From: Conidiobolus incongruus B7586 | Taxonomy: Eukaryota | DNA length: 32,030 nucleotides | NCBI GenBank assembly: GCA_000697335.1 | Contig: JNEM01012111.1 | Location: forward strand, 1 to 32,030 | Direction of reading: 5' to 3' | Part shown: positions 23,009 to 32,030 of the stretch, piece after piece | Position numbering within the stretch: position 1 is the stretch's first letter | How the letters are laid out: each line of letters opens with the position of its first letter | The notes under the pieces: generated by a model | What the model saw: the letters and a program-made list of their open reading frames with translations, nothing else | What the model was told of the DNA's origin: nothing | Database searches by the model: none | Position numbers and translations under genes: made by a program

Positions 23009-25528
23009 TTAATTATAGAGTGCGGAATCTCTCTTTCGTCGCTCTTGGTACGCTGCACTCAGCGCGAAGGATGTCGAGTGCTTGGACTTGATGCGAAGAC
23101 TAAGGCAGGGTTCACAGTATGGTTTGGATTCCAGTTCGCCAAACGGTGTATTGGGCGATATGGGTTTTGCGCATCCGTAGCATGTGAAACACTAAATAAT
23201 TATTAATAAGTTGTTACAATAGGACAATAATAAAATTACCTCAGGATGGAAATTGTTACCCTTATTCTGAACGTATTTACCGTTAATAGATTTTTTACAC
23301 TTGCTACAAGTGATTAAATTCAACTTAGGAATGCACTTAAATCCAATTAGTATCAATTCAATACGTTATATTATAATAGAATTACTTCTTTATGATATTC
23401 TTTCCCTTCGAATACAATATAAGATCCAGAAATGAATGGTTGGTTGCAGCCACAGCAGATGAAGCAATTCATATGGAAGTTGCGACCATCAGATAAGGTG
23501 TAGCATGCACCTTGAATCATCTTGCAGCATCGGCTGCATTGAATATCTTGATCAGATCCCATATCTGGCGAAAAGACGCCAGCTGATTTGGGTAAACACT
23601 AAATGTTGTGATTTAATAAACAGCTTAAGTATAAGTATAGTGATAAATTTACCTCAGAATGATATTCTTTATCCTCATGAATGCTGTAGATACCATCCTT
23701 GATGCTTTGGTCGCAGCCGTGACATAAGAAGCACTCGGGATGTAGAGCTCTGCCATCGGTGAGTTGGTACCATTTGTTCAAGAATGGCTTATGGCATTTG
23801 GAACACGATTTCTCTGTGCTGGATGTGTGGTTGTCTAATTTGCTGTAGCCAGTATGACCATTAGTTGTAGTAGCTTTAGAAGTTGTATCTGAATTAATGG
23901 TGGGTTTAATATATTCGGAATGGCGATTTGACTCAGGTTCCAATTTGATCTTGCTTTTGGAATCTGAAAGATCATAAGATTTGGGCTCAGAAGTCACTTC
24001 ACTATTTAAAGATGGGTCAGAGAATCCGTTGCTAGGTTTGGAATTTATAGGGGAAATAGCTTCAGACTCTTCTTTAGTCCTAGAAAGTGAGGACCTTAGA
24101 GGAGAAGAAATACCATTTGCCAAGTAAGTGGTGGATCTTCTAGAATTGTATACCGAACGTCTAGTAGAAGTGTCAAGGGTCGATTTTGGTATTTCACCGA
24201 TTGCAGGATCAGGGGTTGCACTCCTACTGGAAGCTGCAGGCGTCGTGGCGCTAGGCTGCGAAAATGTCGATGGAACGCTCATTCTCTTAGTCCTACGATC
24301 TTCAAATGTACCCATAATATCTCTGTGAATAGAAGGTGTACGGGATATACTGGTTCTGTGGCTTAATAAATCTTTGTAAGAAAGAGTCCCTGACATATCG
24401 GAACTAAGCTTTGGTCGATGACGGTTAATACTAGAGCTTCTTTCAATATCAGCTTGTAAATTGTCAAAAGTCTTTGAAAAGCTCTTTGATTTAGATCTCA
24501 AAATTTCCAAGTTAGAACTTAATCTGGAGCCTTTAATATCCAATTTTTCAACTTTATCCGTAATGGAATTAACCTGAGGTTCGGTATTGCTCTTAGTAAT
24601 AAACTGAGATTTCGGTCTGACAGCTGGGCTACGCGTAATCGTTACTTTAGGTTTATCGCTGATTTCTGGAGTGGAAAATTTAGATTTAGCGGATTTTGGA
24701 CCATGTTTTTCAAAACACTCGGAACAGCATGGATTTTCATCCAAATCTACTTCAGGGTAATCCATCATTATATTACAAAATGTACAGCGCATACAGTCCT
24801 AATTATTATGAATAACATATTAAAATAATATATATATGTAAGTTATTTACTTTATGCCATTTTTTAGCATTATAATAAATCCATGTAGTGGCAGATCCCG
24901 CAATGGGTAATTTACACTTTTCACTAAATTTAGTATTAATTTATGAAATAACAATATAAATGTAAATATTTAAATTTACCATTCATTTAACTTGGGTTTA
25001 GGGGTTTCAGAAGTTGATTTTTGTAAAGGTACAGCCTAATAAAAATTAAGAGGTGAATAAATTGTACATGATTGAACCATCGAAATTTAATACAAATAAA
25101 TATGAATAAATCCATTAAATTAATCAGTATAAATATATTAATACGTTTGTTGTTTATCATATTTGAAATGAACCTGATTTGATTAAATTTGGGAATAATT
25201 ACCTTGCTCTCGGGTGATGTTTCGCTAAGCGTTAATTTATGGTCTATATGACTACCTCCCAACTTCACCAAATTAGTAGGAGTTGAAGGTTTTTTATTAT
25301 CTAAATAACTAAACATAATTTAATACAAATTTTATTGAGTTAACTAATTGAATTACGTTGATCTCCAAGCGTCTCTACCGTTTAAACCACTAGCACTAGA
25401 GTCTAATAACCAAATGTAATCAATTTCATAAGCTGAATTTGTTATGAATAAAAATTACCTTTGACTTTACCACCACATCTACATCTTTCCCCAAATGCAA
25501 TTTCACCACATCGAGAACAAAAGCCCAT
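23009..25528 (-). CDS. LIM-domain (paxillin-like) protein: N-terminal Cys knuckle, 1 LIM, long Ser/Thr-rich linker, 3 C-terminal LIMs; multi-exon
   Basis: ATG at 25528 (MGFCSRCGEIAFGERCRCGG). LIM patterns: CKLPI...WHK/DCMRCTFC...CCSEC; CSKC...HPECFLCHGC...YHSEC; CSRC...HMNCFICCGC...YHKEC; CSKC...HPECFTCYGC...PYCEPC. Stop at 23009-23011. GT-AG introns join ORFs 23599-24792 and 23371-23562. Confidence 0.88.
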
Positions 25529-28229
25529 ATTGTATTATATTATATTATTAGATCACTATTAAATATATACCTATATACTTATTAAAAAAGATTTTGATAT
25601 TATATCTAATATTCAATTAAATTAATCAGTAAAAGCAAGAGCAAAAAGTAGACTAATAAAAAATTGAAAGAGGTTTATTTTTAGATTGCTAAATTCTCAC
25701 TATTGATTATTAGATTTCTATTACTGGAAATTGGTTGATTTAAGGTTATGATATTAAGTTAATAAAGATTTTTGATTCAGGAATTTTGCTCCCAATTTGA
25801 TATTTTATTAAAATAATTTTTCTCCTTAATATAGTAAATTATCAAATTTTTCATATTTATTGGCATCATGTTTATTTAATTTTTGATTGTTACTGATAAT
25901 TGAAAGTTTAAAATATCATAAAAATTATGTTTTTTATTTTTAAATTTATTAATTACTAATATCCTTTATTCAATAACTTAGGTTCTTTGGCCTATTCTAT
26001 TAGAGTACAAAATACTAATTTGAATACTAAATTTGGCAAATATTAAAGTATCAAATTGAACAAAATTGTATTACATTTTTTTTATCAATTGAAAAAACTC
26101 TAATATTCAAATATAAAATATATATTAATTATTATAAATCATTAATATATCAATTAATCAAATCGATTTAATTATATTTTTATACTTACAAATTATGATG
26201 TCAATGTTATATGATTTCAAAATACACAATTCATGTAATCCAATCACTCCTAAGGATCCATCCGCTGTACAGTTGTTCAACTCTGGATTTAACATCACCT
26301 TAACACAAGTAACGAAGATCTCTTTCAAACTCTAATGAAATTAATTCACTAGTATTTAGTTAATTAAAATATAAAATGCTACAATTCATAATTTCAATCG
26401 GAAGTTTTTATTACAAATAATTATCCATCTATTAAATTAAATTTTTTCGGAATTAATTTATCAATGGTTAGTCCAATGCTATTGGTCGTATGAGGCTTAG
26501 CCTATTATATATTTTGTAGTATTTATTTTTTATGATATTATCACGATTCTTAAAGGATTATTATTGATAATACTTTATAGATGTATTATATTTTAAAAAA
26601 TTTATTATTTGAGCATTTGACTATAATAAAATATGATATGTTGGTAAATTATTTCTCATTAATTGTGACTTTTATTCAGTTCACGAACCAAATAGATATT
26701 TGAAAGATAAAAATATTGACTTATTGATAACTGTTTGAAAATATTGAAATTTGATCTAGTGTAATTATTATAACTGTTTCAAGTTCTTGGTAGCTATGGT
26801 AATGTATTCATTAAATTTTAAATGATATGACATAATAAGATTTTAACAAATAATTCATTATATATATTCTCATAAAAAATTTAATTTCAAGCTTTAATCT
26901 TTGATTGACTTAAAACTAATCACTGTTCACCTATAAGTTATAATACTTGTTATGTTGAATCATTATTTTCAATATATAAATCACTTTGAATAGCCATTAC
27001 TTTTTATTTTAAAATCTCAATTCCAATATTATAGTATGATAACATTGTAATTGAATATATTCATAATATTATTTAGTTTATTTCATAATTGAATAATTAG
27101 CTCCTCCTAGAACATACATTAATATTTTGTCATTTATTTTTATATTTTAAATATAGTTATATTGAACAAAAATTCAATATAATTTTTATATTCTTATCAT
27201 TTATTTTAAATTATCAGTATTATAATCCTTGACTAAGTTAATTTTGTAGCTATAAATGTAGTGCTTTTTCATTAAATTTGAAAATTTTTTATACTAAGTT
27301 CCTATGCAAATTTGAGTGAATAATGCTATTGGTTTATAATTTAAAATCAATTAGTATTATATAATAAATGTAAATATTAATATTAATATTAATATATTTT
27401 TTAGATTTTTTACATGTTATTCTTTTTATAACATTTTAAATTTACATTTTATCTTTTATTTTTAATATTTATTGCAATAACCAAAAGTAACCTGGAATTG
27501 TATCAAATAATAAGCATTTAATAATTTTTTTGTATTATAATACTTATGCATTGCTATTAAGTTATAACTAACTCTAATGAATGCACTAAACATCATTTCA
27601 AAATATTCCTACCATTCTAACCCTTAAAAACCTAACTTCATGCTATCAAATTGAATAAATTTAGCCAGAATGCGCCTAATTGTATCTATATTGATATTGA
27701 CTTGAAATGCATTATTAATGTTATGGTTTATTATTTGATATATAGAATGATAATTATATTAATAAAATCATCCGATTATCAATCAATTTATGATATATTT
27801 AATTTATTAATTATAAAATTGGATAAAAAATCATTTGACTTGAATATTTTAGTGTAACTATTTGAATAAAATATGATTTATTAAATTGATATTAAATATT
27901 CAAAAATTGGTATTATTTTCAATATATAATAAAAATAACAAAATAGTATATGCTCTTTTTTAATCATTAACATATTATTCTCAAAAATAGAACTATAATA
28001 TCACAAAAATCAAATGTAAGAATGAAACACTTTAAACCAACCCAATAAGAATTTTAGGGATTAAAATATGATTTTTTAGCTTGTGCAAAAGTTAATCCTT
28101 TCTATTGAATTAAAAAAAATATAAAATGGGGTTTTGGTCAAGTAATAAAGCTAAGGTACCTGGTAGGTGAGTATCATTTCAATTTATATCAATAAAATAA
28201 ATATATGTGAAATATGTAGTGAAATTAAT

Positions 28230-30227
28230 ATGTCGAATAGAGTTATAGTTTCTCAAAATATACCCAACTCTACTCAATCCAAACGCTATGATAGTCGATT
28301 GCTAGGCACAAAAGAACCTATTTCTTGTTTATTTGAAAATGAATTTAGTACTGGGTATTTTTTCCTCTCATTTTTTTAGTGTAGAATTAAATGATTATAT
28401 ATACTATTTTAAATTTATTCATTATTCGCTCTAAAAGTTTATTTACAATTTTAAATTTAGATTTGAGACTATTCAAGATAGTACTTGGGGTTGGGATGCG
28501 AATATCGAAAATGACAAACTTGTTCAAGAATTTTTAAAACCTGTTCAACTTAATACATTCCAACCAACTAATACCAATTCAACTTCTGAAAGTAAGTTAG
28601 CTATTAACATGATTTGAAATTAATATAATTAAATCATGTTATTAGATTTATCTCCTCCTTCCACTCATTTAAAATCCAAATCCGAATCCCATATCTCGCA
28701 ATTCAAACCAACTGAAACCGATAGAACTTCCAATTCCAAGTCACCTTTGTCAAAAACTCCTGAATTAGACACTAGAACCGAAAAATTTCAAAATTTATTA
28801 AATGAAACGAATGTATCCCTTGGTACTCTGATATTGATAATTTATAATTTTAGAAATTTATCAATATATTAGATGCTTTGAGAAAGTTGAGTTGGAAGGG
28901 GATTCCAAATCAGTATCGTGCTGAAAGTTGGAAATTGTTATTAGTAATTGATAACTGGGTTAGTGTGAGTATTCTTCTTAATGCTATTGCCAATGTAGGG
29001 CTATGCTTCAAGTAACTCTGAGAGAAGACAAGAGTCTCTGGCTAGAAAGAGAGAAGAATACTTTAATATTAGTAAACAGTTATTCAGTCATGGTGAAGAG
29101 AGTTTGGATAAGGCTATCTTTCAACAGGTATATTTTCAATGGACTCATTTGTTTAATATAGTGAATATTGATTAATTTGATTATAGATTTCGATTGATTT
29201 ACCTCGTACTTTCCCTACCATCACCTTATTTCATCAACCTCAAATCAGAAAGGTACTGCATTCATTTCAACTATTCATGGATTATATTAATATTAGAATG
29301 TTAATATAGATAATGGAAAGAATCCTTTACACTTGGTCAATCCGTCATCCAGCTAGTGGTTATGTTCAAGGCATTAATGATATTGTAACTCCCTTCATTT
29401 ATGTATTTTTAGTTCCATTTCTACCAAAAGGCAAGTTATATCTATATCCACTCTAATTTTTATTAATTCAATCATTATAGATCAAGAACCCGAGGATTTC
29501 GATGTCAGTATCTTGCCAGAAGAAACTCTTGGATTGATAGAAGCTGACTCATTTTGGTGTTTTTCAAAATTAATGGATGGAATTCAAGTACTTGTTATAT
29601 TATTATATATATTATCCAATATAATAACTACATTAATAGGATAACTACACATTTGCCCAAAGAGGTATTCAAAGACAGTTGAGTAACTTGAAGCTACTCA
29701 TTGAAAGAGCTGAGAGTAAGAAATATAATGAACGCAGCCGAAATTTTGTTCTTAGTATTTTTAGGCCAATTAGCCCAACATTTATCAAATGAAAATGTTG
29801 AATTCATTCAATTTGCATTTCGTTGGATGAATTGCTTATTGTTAAGAGAAGTCAATCTCAAGAGTGCTATTCGTATGTGGGATACATATCTGGTAAATTT
29901 ATTTTATTATTATCAATTTCCATAAAGTCAATATTGATTTGTTATAGTCTGAAGGATTTGACAACTTTTCGGACTTTCATCTATATGTATGTGCTGCATT
30001 TTTAAAGAAATTTAAACATGATTTATGTTGCAAAGACTTTCAAGTAAGTTAGCAGCTGAACTATCATATCTTCATCTGCAACTCATAAATATCTAATTTA
30101 GGAAATTCTACTATTTTTGCAAAATCCACCTACCAAAAATTGGAAAGACTCAGATATTGAAATATTATTATCAGAAGCTTATCTATTGCAGTCCTTGTTT
30201 AAAAATGCTCCCAATTTGTGGAGTTAA
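28230..30227 (+). CDS. GYP1: TBC-domain Rab GTPase-activating protein, Gyp1/TBC1D22-like; many short introns
   Basis: Spliced motifs LRKLSWKGIPNQYRAESWKLLL, ISIDLPRT (arginine finger), RHPASGYVQGINDIVTPF (glutamine finger), IEADSFWC, QDNYTFAQRGIQ, FIQFAFRWMNCLLLRE, IRMWDTYL and FLQNPPTKNWKDSDIEILLSEAY. The start at 28230 is the best guess. Confidence 0.92.
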
Positions 30228-30720
30228 CGCATATACTTCCAAAAACGCTATCATGTAAAAATTATTTTATTATTTATATTCTAATTTAATAAATACTGAA
30301 TGATCACAAGATCATTATCTCTTGTTTCGAATTCAATTATATTTTTAACTGCAATAACTATTCTAGTGGAATTCAGTATTATAAAAGATATATGACGCAG
30401 CAAAATATTAAGAATAATATGAATCACAATATACTATTAATAGACTATAAATTCTTTATTATTTTCAATAAATTTGCTGATTTTCGGGAAATATATGTTT
30501 TAAAGTTTTTTTCTATATTAATGCCTGTTATTATTGCTATTACACTAGTTTAGTTATAATTTTGATTTTCAATTTTATTTAGTATTGAATTTTGAAAACC
30601 TTTTTTAACTGTTTAAAATTAGTAAATTTCTGTTATTCTCTTTAAAACTAATTTATTTTAATAACCTACTAAAAATGTCCGATTTTGTTATTATTATCAT
30701 AATACGTATTAGGAAATCTG

Positions 30721-31033
30721 TGTTATGATTAATTTAAATAAAAGAGAAATATCTGCGGAATGCCAGGCAACTGTTAGAGGGATAGAAAGTTTATTAGTTT
30801 AAGTCAGACAGCTGGAAGGATCTTAATCGAGTTCGTCTGTTTGAAGTTAGATATAATTCTGGGTTTGATATAGAGTGAATTGGGTTAGGTGATTTATGAG
30901 GTTTTCCAGTGGCTTGCATAATCAACCAATTAAAAGTTAGAGCGAAAGTAGTTGATATGCGAAGGAAGAATGATCTTTACATTAGATTGATGTAAGTATA
31001 TTTAGTAGGTTAGGAGTCGCCTGACTCGTAACA
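30721..31033 (-). mobile_element. Solo LTR-like element (313 bp), a different family from the 337-bp repeats
   Basis: GC-richer island bounded by TGTTATGA (30721) and TCGTAACA (31033), an 8-bp TG..CA inverted repeat with one transition. On the minus strand a TATA-like motif (~30870) precedes AATAAA (30790-30795). No ORF. Confidence 0.7.
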
Positions 31034-31607
31034 ATGATATTCTTTTATCAATTAATTTTAATTATATTTTTAAGAATTTTACCCAAAAACATATAATAGC
31101 TTGATAAACGAATCCTACCTTGACTCACTATCTTTTTCTGTCCTGGAATAACTTTATTACCAAAAATCCGTTTAAATTATATAATAAATTTTTCTTCAAA
31201 TTTTTTCATTTTTTTATAGTTACAATTGTACAAATATAAACCTAAAAAATGTGAAGTATATTTATTCATAATTGGCCCAGTTTATAATTTTAAATAATAT
31301 ATTTATATTGAATTAATTTGAAAATATTAGATTTTCATAATAATCTAGTCATAATATGTTTCTAATAATAAAGACATTATATCTAATCTATATATTCTTG
31401 CTATTATCTAGTAATCAAAATATTTTGAATATAATTTTTGATAATTCTCTATAATAAAAACTTGCAGTTATTGAATTTTTTCCAATACCAATATATTGAT
31501 TATTAAAATATTAAAACAATTTAAGTATTGCTGTATTTGAAATTAACCTCAATTATATTTAAATAAGTAATTTTAATGATTTGGTAATTTTTAAATTTTT
31601 TTGGAGA

Positions 31608-32030
31608 TATTATTTAATATTTTAAATAAAGGAAATTATTTATGATTGAAAAATATATTTTAATACATAATATATAAAAAATAAATATATAATATAAAAT
31701 TAATAATCATTTTTATTATTTTACCTATTTATCATATTTTCAACAAATTTCTAATATTTAAAAAATAATTTTTTTTATTAAATAATTAAATTTTTTTATA
31801 AAATTTTTTATAAGGTAAATTTTAATTATTTAAAAAAATTATAATTACATAGGTTATAATCTAATGAATATATTAAATATAATAATTATTTCTAATAAAA
31901 ATTATTAGAAAGCATTTATAACTATATTTTTATATTTTTTATAATTATTATATAAACTAATAGGTCTTTTATATTATATTAAAAATATTAATTAAAAATA
32001 ATTTTATTTAAAAAATAATATAATATTTAT
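31608..32030 (-). mobile_element. Mariner family copy 4 (3' end; runs off the window)
   Basis: Aligns with copy 1 positions 13-~450. TIR-like TATTATTTAATATTTTAAATAAAGGAAA at 31608. The minus strand at ~31840-31872 reads YSLDYNLCNYN (decayed YSPDxxPCDY). Confidence 0.75.

Noticed and set aside
27340..27860. (TATTAA)n-like runs and the 68-aa ORF 27651-27857 (likewise ORF 13500-13685)
   Set aside because: Low-complexity AT-rich sequence. The ORFs have non-ATG starts and composition-driven residues. No CRISPR-like or regular repeat-spacer structure was seen anywhere in the window.

Overview
AT-rich eukaryotic DNA with many short spliceosomal introns. The gene set (SEC8, RAX2, GPI12/PIG-L, a 4-LIM protein, GYP1-type Rab-GAP) indicates a fungus, and an early-diverging lineage is my inference only. 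Between the host genes lie decayed repeats: four copies of one ~1.3-kb mariner family and three LTR-like elements. Where copies can be compared, they carry strongly one-directional C>T/G>A damage (RIP-like). The most interesting part is 7442-12210. Two 337-bp LTR-like direct repeats enclose a tightly packed, intronless, virus/plasmid-like gene cluster. It holds (i) a ~430-codon degenerate ORF that rejoins in frame when a nested mariner is removed and shows Rep_trans-like (pT181 RepC/D-type) rolling-circle initiator motifs, (ii) a secreted permuted-papain (His-before-Cys) peptidase-like gene and (iii) a small ORF with an N-myristoylation signal. All alignments, translations and counts were done by eye. 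No database searches were possible.
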